A DNA stretch of 64,000 nt from an uncultured Verrucomicrobiae bacterium (GTDB lineage Bacteria; Verrucomicrobiota; Verrucomicrobiia; Chthoniobacterales; UBA10450): assembly GCA_963726745.1 (NCBI GenBank), contig CAVSDR010000005.1:32001-96000 (forward strand), read 5' to 3'. Below the pieces are notes generated by a model. That model was not told the DNA's origin, made no database searches, and was given only the letters and a program-made list of their open reading frames with translations. The position numbers and the translations under genes were made by a program. Below, one piece after another: positions 30,434 to 39,965 of the stretch; positions within the stretch are counted from its first letter, which is position 1, and every line of letters begins with the position of its first letter.

Positions 30434-32830
30434 GTGCCGCCGATCCTGCTGCATCCGCCGAAACGCCCGCGCGCGCCGGGCTCGTTCTACCGGCGTTGGA
30501 ATTGGCGCCGGCAAGTCATCGCCAGCGGCACGCGGCTTTTCGTTGGCGGCTTCCTCGTGCTCCTCTTTTGGGCCGGCTGGTATATGGCCAATCGCGGATT
30601 CGGCCGGCAATTCCGTGTCTCCGTCGTCGAGGAACTGCGGAAGCACGGAATCGATGCCTCCGTCCGGCGGCTGACGCTGGATCCTTTCCGCGGCCTGGTC
30701 GCGCAGGACCTGCGCATCTACGAGCCGAACAACCGGGAGCATCCCCTGGCGGCGATCAGCGAAGTCTCGCTCGACATCAATTACGCGGCGCTCCTCCATC
30801 GCCAGCCATTCTTGAATTCGATCGACGTGACCAATGCCGACCTCACTTTTCCTTCCAGCAAAGCCGACCCGCGCGCGCCCAAGGCGGAGCTGAAACATTT
30901 CCGCGCGCACATCTATTTCCCGCCGGAGCAAATCTTCATTCGCCAGGCCGAGGGGATCTTCAATGGCGTGCGCATCTCGGCCACGGGCCAGTTGCTCAAG
31001 CGCGCCGATTACCAGAGTCGCGGGGGGCTCGACGAGGCGGAATTGCGCGCGCGCATGGAATTGCTCCAGCGGCTCGCGCAGGAGCTGAGCAAGTGCACTT
31101 TTGCCGGCGGGCCGCCGTCGTTGCAGGTCAAATTCTCCGGCGATGTCGCGCAGATGGAGGACGCGCACGTCGAGGCCACGCTCAGCGGCGAACGCATCCA
31201 GCGCGAGGGCTACGAGATGCGCGCGCTGGCGCTCGCGGCCGATTGGAGCAATCGCACGCTCAGCCTCAAGCAATGCGAATGGACCGATAACGCCGGCGCT
31301 TTCAGCGGGCGGGGAAGCTGGGAGGCGCGCACCAAGGCGGGCGAATTTGAAGCGCGCAGCTCGATCGCGGCCAAGCAATTTCTCGATGCTTTCGGCTTCG
31401 GGAATTTAGTCAGCGACTTGCAACTCAACAGCGCGCCGGCGCTGGAGTTTTCCGGGAAGGCCGACTTCTCCGCGCCGGTGCCGCGCTGGAGCGTGCTCGG
31501 CCATCTGCAGGTGGAAAACTTCAGCTATCGCAGCATCCCGCTGCTTGGCCTCGCGACCGCCTTTTCCTGGGATGGCGAGCGCACCATGCTCCAGGAGCTG
31601 CGCCTGCGCCACGCTTCCGGCGAGCTTCAGGCCGAGCTCTTGATCGCGCCTGGCGATTTCCGCCTCGACGTCCAAAGCACGCTCAATCCCGCCGACTTTC
31701 GCGCGCTCGCCGATCACGATCTCCAGAGCTTCTTGAGTGAATGGGAATTTCCCCGCGCGCCGACCGCGCGCATGGAGCTGCGGGGTTCTTCCACCCAGCC
31801 CGACAGCTGGACGGGCGAGGGAAGCATCGAGGTCGGGCGCGCGCGTTTCCGCGGCGTCTGGTTCAACAATGCGTCGGCAAAGTTGCACCTGGCTCAAGGC
31901 GCACTCGCTTTTCGCGACCTGCGCGTGGTTCGCGATGAAGGCATGGGCACGGGAGATTTTGTTTACGATTACACGCATCACGAAGTGCGGCTGGCGAACA
32001 TCCGGACTCACCTGCATCCAGCGAGCGCGATTTATTGGATCGAGCCGAAGCTCTTCAAGATCGTGGCGCCTTATAAATTTCACGGCACGCCGGCGATCAC
32101 CGCCGAGGGCGTGGTGCAATATCGCGGCGGGAAAAACACGCACCTCGCGCTCACCGTCGAGGCCCCGGGCGGGATGGATTACCTTTTTCTCGGGAAGACC
32201 CTCTCGTTCGAGCGCGTGAAGGGCGACCTGCTGGTGACCGATGACCGCGTGCAGCTCGCGAAAATGGAAGGGACCCTCTTCGGTGGCACCGTGCGGGGCG
32301 CAGCCGACATCTCGACCGCAGAGGGCGATCCGCATTACTCCGCCGAGGTCGCGCTCGAGGGAGTGAATTTTCCGCGGCTGACTGAGCTTTACTTCAAATA
32401 CGAAACCTCGCAGGGCCAGCTCGCCGGCAATTATCGCTGGACTGGCTTGGGCGACGATGCCCGCACCATGCGCGGCACCGGCGACATCAAAGTGTCGAAC
32501 GGCAACGTCTTTGCCATCCCGGTGCTCGGCCCCATCTCCGGCCTGGTCGCGGCCGTGATTCCGGGCGCCGGCTACAGCGTGGCCAAGCAAGCCACCGCCA
32601 GTTTCACGATCAAGGAAGGAGTCATCCACACGGATGATTTCAAGGTTTCCGGCAAACTCTTCGGGCTCGTAGGCCACGGCGACATCCATTTCCTCGAGGA
32701 CCGGCTCAACATGGACATCCGCATCCACGCCGGCGGCGCCGGGATTCTGCTCACCCCGGTCTATTCGCTCTTTGAATACAAAGGCGAAGGCAGCCTGGCG
32801 AAGCCGAACTGGCACCCGAAAAATTTCTGA
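30434..32830 (+). CDS. AsmA-like lipid-transport family protein
   Basis: N-terminal TM anchor, long beta-rich repeats, C-terminal ASFTIKEGVIHTDDF...GHGDI..L. Confidence 0.72.
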   Translation: MPPILLHPPKRPRAPGSFYRRWNWRRQVIASGTRLFVGGFLVLLFWAGWYMANRGFGRQFRVSVVEELRKHGIDASVRRLTLDPFRGLVAQDLRIYEPNNREHPLAAISEVSLDINYAALLHRQPFLNSIDVTNADLTFPSSKADPRAPKAELKHFRAHIYFPPEQIFIRQAEGIFNGVRISATGQLLKRADYQSRGGLDEAELRARMELLQRLAQELSKCTFAGGPPSLQVKFSGDVAQMEDAHVEATLSGERIQREGYEMRALALAADWSNRTLSLKQCEWTDNAGAFSGRGSWEARTKAGEFEARSSIAAKQFLDAFGFGNLVSDLQLNSAPALEFSGKADFSAPVPRWSVLGHLQVENFSYRSIPLLGLATAFSWDGERTMLQELRLRHASGELQAELLIAPGDFRLDVQSTLNPADFRALADHDLQSFLSEWEFPRAPTARMELRGSSTQPDSWTGEGSIEVGRARFRGVWFNNASAKLHLAQGALAFRDLRVVRDEGMGTGDFVYDYTHHEVRLANIRTHLHPASAIYWIEPKLFKIVAPYKFHGTPAITAEGVVQYRGGKNTHLALTVEAPGGMDYLFLGKTLSFERVKGDLLVTDDRVQLAKMEGTLFGGTVRGAADISTAEGDPHYSAEVALEGVNFPRLTELYFKYETSQGQLAGNYRWTGLGDDARTMRGTGDIKVSNGNVFAIPVLGPISGLVAAVIPGAGYSVAKQATASFTIKEGVIHTDDFKVSGKLFGLVGHGDIHFLEDRLNMDIRIHAGGAGILLTPVYSLFEYKGEGSLAKPNWHPKNF

Positions 32831-33684
32831 TGGCGACGCATCTGCTCGGCGCGCACATGTCGATCGGTGGCGGATTGCACCGCGCAATCGAACGCGCTTG
32901 CTCGATCGAGAGCACGGCGCTGCAGATTTTTGTGAAAAACAACATGCAGTGGTTTGCCCGGCCACTGGAGCGCGCGGAGATCAGCGCCTTTCGCGAGCAC
33001 GCGCAGCGCCGGCAGATCAGCGCGGCCTTCGCTCATGCGAACTACTTGATCAATCTCGCGGCGACCAATCCGCAATTTCACGCCAACTCGCTGCGCGCGC
33101 TGGCCGAGGAATTGATCCGCGCGGACCAGCTCGGTCTGCCGTTTCTCGTGCTCCACCCGGGCGCGCATCTCGGCGCGGGAGAGGAGGCGGGGCTGGCGCG
33201 AATTATTGCTTCGATCGACGCGGTGCACCAGGTGATCCCGAAGGTGAAAACCAAGATCGCGCTCGAGACGACTGCAGGGCAGGGCACGTGTTTAGGCGAC
33301 AAGTTCGAACACCTGGCAACGATCATCGAGCAAGTGCGCGCGCCGGAGCGGCTTTGCGTTTGCCTCGATACGGCGCATGTCTTCGAGGCCGGTTACGATC
33401 TTTCGAGCGAGGCGGGCACGCGAAAGACTTTCGCCGAGTTCGACCGCGTCGTCGGGCTCGAGCGGCTGGCGGCGTTGCACTTGAACGACAGCAAGACCGC
33501 GCGCGGCTCGCGCGTGGATCGGCACGAGCACATCGGGAAAGGGCAGATCGGGTTGCCGGCGTTTCGTTACCTCATGCGAAGCACGCGACTGCGGAAAATT
33601 CCGAAGGTGCTCGAGACGCCGAAGGGGAAGGAACTCCTCGAGGACGTGGCCAATCTGGCGACGCTGCGCGAGCTCGCGCGCTAG
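32830..33684 (+). CDS. nfo: Endonuclease IV
   Basis: LGAHMSIGGG, HANYLINL, HPGAH, ETTAGQG, CLDTAH, HLNDSK, DRHEHIG, ETP. Confidence 0.96.
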   Translation: MATHLLGAHMSIGGGLHRAIERACSIESTALQIFVKNNMQWFARPLERAEISAFREHAQRRQISAAFAHANYLINLAATNPQFHANSLRALAEELIRADQLGLPFLVLHPGAHLGAGEEAGLARIIASIDAVHQVIPKVKTKIALETTAGQGTCLGDKFEHLATIIEQVRAPERLCVCLDTAHVFEAGYDLSSEAGTRKTFAEFDRVVGLERLAALHLNDSKTARGSRVDRHEHIGKGQIGLPAFRYLMRSTRLRKIPKVLETPKGKELLEDVANLATLRELAR

Positions 33685-33688
33685 GTCG

Positions 33689-34948
33689 TTAGGCTTTCAC
33701 GCGCTCGATGTGCGCGCCGAGCGCCCCGAGCTTTTCATCGAGATGCTCGTAGCCGCGGTCGATGTGATACACGCGGCTGATCTCGGTCGTGCCCTCGGCT
33801 TTCAAGCCGGCAAGCACGAGCGCAGCGGAAGCGCGCAGATCGCTCGCCATCACCGGCGCGCCGAAAAGTTTCTCCACGCCCTGGATGATCGCCGTGGGCC
33901 CCTCGATCTGCACGTGCGCGCCCATGCGCTTCATCTCCGCCAGGTGCATGTAGCGCTGCGGGAAAATGTTTTCCGTGATCACGCTGATCCCTTCGGTGGT
34001 CGCAAGCAGGGCGCACATCTGCGCCTGCATGTCGGTGGGAAATCCGGGATACGGCTCGGTCGTGAGTTCGAGTGGCTTGTGCGCGCCATTGGGCGTGACT
34101 GTGATCGACGACCCGTCGACGTCGATCTGGTAACCCGCTTCGGTCAACGCATGGGTCACGGCCGTGACATGCGTGGCATCCGCCCGCGTGACTGTGACGC
34201 CGGTCCCGCAAATCGCTCCGGCGACCAGAAAAGTGCCGGCCTCGATCCGGTCGGGAATGATGTCGTGCTCCGCGCCGTGGAGTTCCTTTACGCCTTCGAT
34301 GATCAAGCGCCGCGTGCCCGCGCCTTCGATCTTCGCGCCCATCTTGTTGAGGAAGTTGGCCAGGTCGACCACCTCCGGCTCGGAAGCGGCGCCTTCGATC
34401 ACCGTGGTGCCGTCGGCCAGGACCGCGGCCATCATCACGTTGTCTGTCCCGAGGACCGTGGGCCCAAATTTACCCAGCAAGTTCACCACCGCGCCTTTGA
34501 GCTGCGAGGTGAAGACCTTCACGTTGCCCGCTTCCACGCGCACTGCCGCACCGAGCGCCTCGAACCCGCGCAGGTGCAAGTCGACCGGGCGATCGCCAAT
34601 GACGCAGCCGCCCGGGAGCGAAACCGTCGCCTCGCGGCAACGCGCCAGCAGCGGCCCGAGCACGCAGACCGAAGCGCGCATTCGCCGGACGACATCGTAA
34701 GGGGCGAGCGACTCGACCTTCTCCGCCGTGACCGTGACCGTGCCGCTGGCCCGTTCCACCTGCGCCCCGAGATACATCAGGATCTGGAGCATGTAGTTCG
34801 TGTCGCTCAGGTCCGGCACGCGATGGAGCACGCACGGCTCACGCGTGAGCAGGGTCGCGGCAAGGATCGGCAGGGCCGAATTCTTCGAGCCGCTGACCCT
34901 GATCGAACCGGAAAGCGGCCGGCCGCCGTGAACGAGAATTTTATCCAT
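33689..34948 (-). CDS. murA: UDP-N-acetylglucosamine 1-carboxyvinyltransferase
   Basis: [53 protein letters not shown]. Confidence 0.97.
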   Translation of the reverse strand: MDKILVHGGRPLSGSIRVSGSKNSALPILAATLLTREPCVLHRVPDLSDTNYMLQILMYLGAQVERASGTVTVTAEKVESLAPYDVVRRMRASVCVLGPLLARCREATVSLPGGCVIGDRPVDLHLRGFEALGAAVRVEAGNVKVFTSQLKGAVVNLLGKFGPTVLGTDNVMMAAVLADGTTVIEGAASEPEVVDLANFLNKMGAKIEGAGTRRLIIEGVKELHGAEHDIIPDRIEAGTFLVAGAICGTGVTVTRADATHVTAVTHALTEAGYQIDVDGSSITVTPNGAHKPLELTTEPYPGFPTDMQAQMCALLATTEGISVITENIFPQRYMHLAEMKRMGAHVQIEGPTAIIQGVEKLFGAPVMASDLRASAALVLAGLKAEGTTEISRVYHIDRGYEHLDEKLGALGAHIERVKA

Positions 34949-35778
34949 GCCGTGCGAGGAGGAACCGTGTCACACCGGCATAGTCCTGTCGCTGCGAAAC
35001 GTCGTGGTAATTCCGCTCCGCGAGAAGGGCGGCCAGCGCCTCGGCCTGGCCCAGGCCGATCTCGAGCGCGAGCAGTCCGCCGGGCGCGAGGCGCTCCGGC
35101 GCGGCGGCGATCAAACGCCGGATGATCTCGTCGCCTGTTTCTCCGCCGAAGAGCGCCGTCTCCGGGTCGCGCAAAACCTCGCGGGCCAGGGTCGCGCGGT
35201 CGCCCAGCGGGATGTAAGGCAGGTTGGCCACGATCAAATCAAACGACGATTCGTTAGGCGGCAGGAGATCACCCTGGTGAAAACGGATGCGCTCGCCGAG
35301 CTCCAGTTTCGCGGCGTTGGCCCGCGCGAGCGCGAGCGCTTCCGCGGACAGATCGAGCGCATGCACCTCGGCCTCGGGAAATTTAGCCAGCAAGCTGAGC
35401 GCGATCACGCCGCTGCCGGTGCCGACATCGAGGATCTTCGACGGGGGCTTTTGGATGGTCGCTTGCAGCAGCTCGACCAGCTCCTCGGTCTCCGGCCGCG
35501 GGATCAGGGCGCGCCCGTCGGAAAGAAAAGTGTGCCCGCAAAACTCGACCGTGCCCAGCAAGATGCTGAAGCGGTTCGCCCTGACCGCGGCGCCGGACGA
35601 GATCGCGCAGCGGCACCAACTCTGCCTCGGTAAGGTTGCGCTCAAAGGCGACGTAAAGCTCGATCCGCTTCAAGCCTAACGAGTGCGCCAGGAGATGCTC
35701 GGCATTCAGGCGCGCGCTCTCCACGCCGCGCTTCTTGAAGTAAGCCGTGGTGGTTTGGAGGAGCTCGAGGACGGTCAT
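34941..35778 (-). CDS. prmC: Release factor glutamine methyltransferase (frameshift near 35560)
   Basis: [21 protein letters not shown], then [25 protein letters not shown]. Confidence 0.9.
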
Positions 35779-35803
35779 CCGGCGCGCGACTGTAGCGCCG
35801 ATG

Positions 35804-36730
35804 CTACCCCGCAGCGACCGCGGCTTCGCGCCGGCGCGGAATCCCGAGGCTGTCGAAGATCGTGCGCGTCGCGTCCGAGCGATTGAGCGTGTAAAAATGG
35901 ATCCCGGCCACGTGGTTATCCAGGAGGTCGTGGCATTGCTCGAGCGCGAAGTGCACCCCCACACGCTCGACCATTCGGCGGTCGTCGCCGCAGCGCTGGA
36001 GCGCGCGCAGGAGCTTGGCCGGGAAACGCGAGCCGCCCGCGAGCTCCGCGATTCGGCGGCAGCCGCTCATCGAGGTGATCGGCATGATCCCGGCCACGAT
36101 CGGAATGCGAATGCCGGCAAGGTCGCAGCGTTCGCGGAAATCGTAGAAGTCGCGGTTATCGAAGAAGAGCTGGGTGACAATGTAATCCGCGCCCGCCTCG
36201 ACCTTCGCCTTCAGGTGATCCATTTCCACGAGGCGATTCGGCGTGCCCGGATGTCCCTCGGGGAAGCCGGCCACGCCGATGCCGAAACCGCGCGCGTCGG
36301 GGTGCGCGCCGCTCTCGTTGAACTGGCGAATGAATTTCACCAGGTCGACCGCGTGCTGGAAGAAATCCTGGTCGCGCCGATAGCCAGCGAGATCACGCGG
36401 CGGATCGCCGCCGAGCGCGAGGATGTTGCCGATGCGGTTCTTCGCGTAGCGCTGGAGAATGCCGTCTACTTCCTCCTGCTGGTGGCAAACGCAGGTGAGA
36501 TGCGGGATCGGGTCGAGCTTGGTCGTCGTCTGGATGCGCTCGACCAGGTCGTGCGTCAGGTCGCGGGTGGAGCCGCCGGCGCCGTAGGTCACGCTGACGA
36601 AGTCCGGCATGTATTCCTCGAGCTCGCGGATCGTCTGGTAAAGGCTCTCCGCGGCCTCGGCGGTTTTTGGCGGAAAGAATTCGAAGGAAAACGTCGGCGA
36701 ATCCTTCCGCATGATCTCGGTGATGTGCAT
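35804..36730 (-). CDS. metF: Methylenetetrahydrofolate reductase
   Basis: [44 protein letters not shown]. Confidence 0.96.
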   Translation of the reverse strand: MHITEIMRKDSPTFSFEFFPPKTAEAAESLYQTIRELEEYMPDFVSVTYGAGGSTRDLTHDLVERIQTTTKLDPIPHLTCVCHQQEEVDGILQRYAKNRIGNILALGGDPPRDLAGYRRDQDFFQHAVDLVKFIRQFNESGAHPDARGFGIGVAGFPEGHPGTPNRLVEMDHLKAKVEAGADYIVTQLFFDNRDFYDFRERCDLAGIRIPIVAGIMPITSMSGCRRIAELAGGSRFPAKLLRALQRCGDDRRMVERVGVHFALEQCHDLLDNHVAGIHFYTLNRSDATRTIFDSLGIPRRREAAVAAG

Positions 36731-36765
36731 CGCGGGAGGATCCTAGCAAAGACGACGCGGTGCCG

Positions 36766-37845
36766 TCACGCGGTCAGCTCTGTCTCTTTCAAGCGCTCTT
36801 GCAACTCCGCTTCCTGGAGCGCGCCCATCATCTCGGCGAGCTCGCCTTCCACGAAGCGGTCGAGGTTATAAAGCGTCAGGCCGATGCGGTGATCGGTCAC
36901 CCGGTTCTGCGGGAAATTGTAGGTGCGGATTTTCTCCTCGCGACCGCCGGAGCCGATTTGGTTTTTCCGGTGCGCGGAATACTTCGCCTCTTCCTCGCGC
37001 TGCTTATCCTCGAGCAGGCGCGCGCGCATGATGCTGAGCGCTTTTTCCTTGTTCTTCTGCTGGCTGCGTCCGTCCTGGCAACGCACGATCCGGCCAGTCG
37101 GGATGTGCATCACCTGCACCGCGGAGTCGGTCGTGTTCACGCCTTGGCCACCGGGACCGCCCGCGCGGCAAACTTCAATCCGGAGGTCTTCCGGCTTCAG
37201 GTCGATGTCGACATCCTCGGCTTCCGGGAGGACCGCGACCGTCGCGGTGGAAGTGTGGATGCGGCCCTGCGCCTCGGTCGCGGGCACGCGCTGCACGCGA
37301 TGAACGCCGCTCTCGAACTTCAGTTTCCGGAAAACACTTTCGCCGGAGACCTTGAAGATCGCCTCGCGCAAGCCGCCAAGCTCCGACGGGCTGGACTCGA
37401 GGTCTTCGATCGTCAGGCCCGCAGTCTCGGCAAAGCGGTGATACATCCGCCAAAGATCGGCCGCGAAGATCGCCGCTTCGCTTCCGCCGGTGCCGGCGCG
37501 GATTTCGATGATGGCGTCGCGGTTTTCGTTCTCGTCCGGCGGGAGGAGCGCCACCTGGATGTCGCGCTCTAAATCAGCCAGCCGCTTCTCCAGCGCGGGA
37601 ATTTCTTCCTGCGCCATCTCGGCCATTTCGGGGTCGCCAGCGGAGGCGAGCTCGCGGTTTTCCGCGAGTTGCTTGCGGGTGTTTTGGAAGTCATCCGCGA
37701 GCGCCAGGAGTTGCTTCGAGCTGGCGTGCTCGCGCATGATCTCGCTCGCGCGCTTCCGGTTCTCGAAGAGCGTGGGGTCGGCGATCTCGCGCTCCAGTTC
37801 GGCAAAGCGCTCGCGTTTCCGGGAGATCAATCCTTCGAAGTCCAT
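36766..37845 (-). CDS. prfA: Peptide chain release factor 1
   Basis: EIRAGTGG.EA, ESGVHRVQRVPATE (PxT), GGQ, RTYNFPQNRVTDHR. Confidence 0.97.
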   Translation of the reverse strand: MDFEGLISRKRERFAELEREIADPTLFENRKRASEIMREHASSKQLLALADDFQNTRKQLAENRELASAGDPEMAEMAQEEIPALEKRLADLERDIQVALLPPDENENRDAIIEIRAGTGGSEAAIFAADLWRMYHRFAETAGLTIEDLESSPSELGGLREAIFKVSGESVFRKLKFESGVHRVQRVPATEAQGRIHTSTATVAVLPEAEDVDIDLKPEDLRIEVCRAGGPGGQGVNTTDSAVQVMHIPTGRIVRCQDGRSQQKNKEKALSIMRARLLEDKQREEEAKYSAHRKNQIGSGGREEKIRTYNFPQNRVTDHRIGLTLYNLDRFVEGELAEMMGALQEAELQERLKETELTA

Positions 37846-37871
37846 GGCGTTTTAGGCAGCGAGATCAGTAC

Positions 37872-37902
37872 ACAAAAACGCGGCAGTCGTGGGACCGCCG
37901 CG
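37872..37902 (-). terminator. Intrinsic terminator between rpmE and prfA
   Basis: Minus strand reads CGCGGCGGUC-CCAC-GACUGCCGCG then UUUUUG. Confidence 0.75.
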
Positions 37903-37916
37903 CCAATGTGGAAAAG

Positions 37917-38141
37917 CTACTTCTTGGCGACGCGCGTCGCCTTGGTGCTGCCGTAGCGGCGCGCAAATTTTTCCACGCGGCCGGCGGTGTCGACGAACTT
38001 TTGCTCGCCGGTAAAGAAAGGATGGCAAGCGGCGCAGATGCCGATCTTGATGTCCTGCTTGGTGGAACGGGTGTGATAGACAGTCCCGCAGGCGCAGGCA
38101 ATCTCGGTCTCGCGATAATCAGGATGAATGTCCGTTTTCAT
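37917..38141 (-). CDS. rpmE: 50S ribosomal protein L31 (Zn-binding type)
   Basis: MKTDIHPDY, CACG, CAACHPFFTG, DTAGRVEKF. Confidence 0.97.
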   Translation of the reverse strand: MKTDIHPDYRETEIACACGTVYHTRSTKQDIKIGICAACHPFFTGEQKFVDTAGRVEKFARRYGSTKATRVAKK

Positions 38142-38214
38142 GGGAAAATTTGAGTCCGCAACCTAGCTTCCCTTCGTCGCGGTGCAAGGTCGAATGCGCT
38201 ACCGTGCCGCCGCC

Positions 38215-39591
38215 ATGAACGGAAGCGATGCTGATCCTCTCCTGGAACGCTGGGCCGCGGTTTGCGCCCGGCGCGCAGGGGAAGCGGCGATCCTCGGAAC
38301 TGGCGGCGAGACCGTGCGGACGTTTGCGGAGATCGAGGCGGAAGCGGCGGATTTTGCCAGCGGGCTCTTGGGCGGGCTTGAGCCGGGCGCCGTGCTCGCG
38401 GTGCAGACCGGGAATCATCCTGCGTGGCCGGCGCTTCTGCTGGCGTCGCTCCGGCGCGGGCTGGTTTTTCTCCCGCTCGAGCGCTCGATCTCGGCCGCGG
38501 AACTGGCTGCGGCCTGCGCGGTTTGCCAGGCGGCGGCGGTTTTAGACAGCAACTTGTGCCTAACGAGTCGTGCGGCGGAGCCGATCGTCTGGGAGGGCCC
38601 AAAGCCAGTGCTCCTGAAGCTGACCTCGGGCACGACCGCGGCGCCGCGCGCGATCCGATTCCGCAGCGCGCAATTGCTGGCCGATGCCGACCAGATCTGC
38701 GCGACCATGGGGATTACCGAGCGCGACCGGAATTTCGGGGTGATCCCGGTTTCGCACTCCTACGGCTTGAGCAATTTGATCACGCCGCTCCTGGCGCATG
38801 GCGTGCCGCTGGTCCTGAGCAACGACCGGATGCCGCGCGCCGTCCTCGCCGATCTCGCCCGCAGCGGCGCGACCGTGTTTGCCGGCATGCCGGTGTTTTA
38901 CCAGGCGTTTTGCGAACTCGATGCCGTGCCGCCGCTGCGCCTATGCCTTTCGGCGGGCGCGCCGCTGCCGTTGCCGGTGGCGCGAAAATTCCAGGAGAAG
39001 TTCGGGCTCGCGATCCACTCGTTCTACGGTTCGTCGGAATGCGGCGGGATTTGTTACGACCGCACGGCGGCGCTGGAGGAGGCAGGATTTGTCGGCGCGC
39101 CGATGAGTGGCGTGGAGCTGGAGTTGCTCGAACCGCTGGCGGAAATGAGCCGCGTCCGCGTGCATTCGGCCGCGGCAGGCGATGGCTATTTTCCCGAGCC
39201 GGAGCCGGAGAAACTCGGCGGCGGCTGCTTCGCGCCGGACGATCTCCTGGCCCCTTGCGGCGATGGCTTCCGGATCGCCGGCCGCGTTTCCGACGTGATC
39301 AATGTTGCCGGCAAAAAAGTGAACCCGGCAGAAGTGGAAGCCACGCTGCTGGCCGCGCCCGGGGTGCGTGCGGCGGTCGTCTTCGGGCGGGTTTCGCAGT
39401 TGCGGAATGAGGAGGTGGCCGCTTGCGTGGTCGCGGCGGACGGAGTGGAAGCGCGGGCGCTGCTGGAGTTTTGCCGCACGCGCCTAAGCGGCTGGCAGGT
39501 GCCGAAGCGGATCTTCTTCCTCCCGGAAATGCCGGTGACGGAGCGTGGCAAGATTAGCCGACGCGCTCTGGCGGCTCGCTTTGCTGCGTGA
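38215..39591 (+). CDS. AMP-binding acyl-CoA synthetase family protein
   Basis: LTSGTT, HSYG, SAGAP, FYGSSE, GRVSDVINVAGKKVNPAEVE, GKI. Confidence 0.88.
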   Translation: MNGSDADPLLERWAAVCARRAGEAAILGTGGETVRTFAEIEAEAADFASGLLGGLEPGAVLAVQTGNHPAWPALLLASLRRGLVFLPLERSISAAELAAACAVCQAAAVLDSNLCLTSRAAEPIVWEGPKPVLLKLTSGTTAAPRAIRFRSAQLLADADQICATMGITERDRNFGVIPVSHSYGLSNLITPLLAHGVPLVLSNDRMPRAVLADLARSGATVFAGMPVFYQAFCELDAVPPLRLCLSAGAPLPLPVARKFQEKFGLAIHSFYGSSECGGICYDRTAALEEAGFVGAPMSGVELELLEPLAEMSRVRVHSAAAGDGYFPEPEPEKLGGGCFAPDDLLAPCGDGFRIAGRVSDVINVAGKKVNPAEVEATLLAAPGVRAAVVFGRVSQLRNEEVAACVVAADGVEARALLEFCRTRLSGWQVPKRIFFLPEMPVTERGKISRRALAARFAA

Positions 39592-39655
39592 GAAAACATG
39601 CGCCCATTTGCGCGCGAGTTTGCGAATAGGAGGAAACGAAAGGAAACCAAAAACC

Positions 39656-39778
39656 ATGCGAACCATTCTTGTAGCTCTTGTCGGTGCAGTCGTGATCCTC
39701 GGCGGTTTGAGCGCCTGCTCGACCACCGTGCGGACGGATAACGGCCATGCCGTGACCACGGGCGTCCACACCCGTTAG
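39656..39778 (+). CDS. Small putative lipoprotein (40 aa)
   Basis: Purine-rich upstream region (AGGAGG, AAAGGA); MRTILVALVGAVVILGGLSA-C lipobox. Confidence 0.6.
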   Translation: MRTILVALVGAVVILGGLSACSTTVRTDNGHAVTTGVHTR

Positions 39779-39965
39779 GCCTCGATTCCACGGCGCGGCG
39801 GTTGGTTGCCGAAACCAGCCGCCGCGCTGTTCTTTTCCCCCTCGGCCTGCGGTCCGGGCGCCCGTCCCGCCACAGGCAAAAAAGGCTTTTCATTTGCAAA
39901 GAAGCGGGCATGTCTAAGCACACGAGCGCCCGGCTGCTGGCCGTGGGCGTTGCTCGACCCATCTT

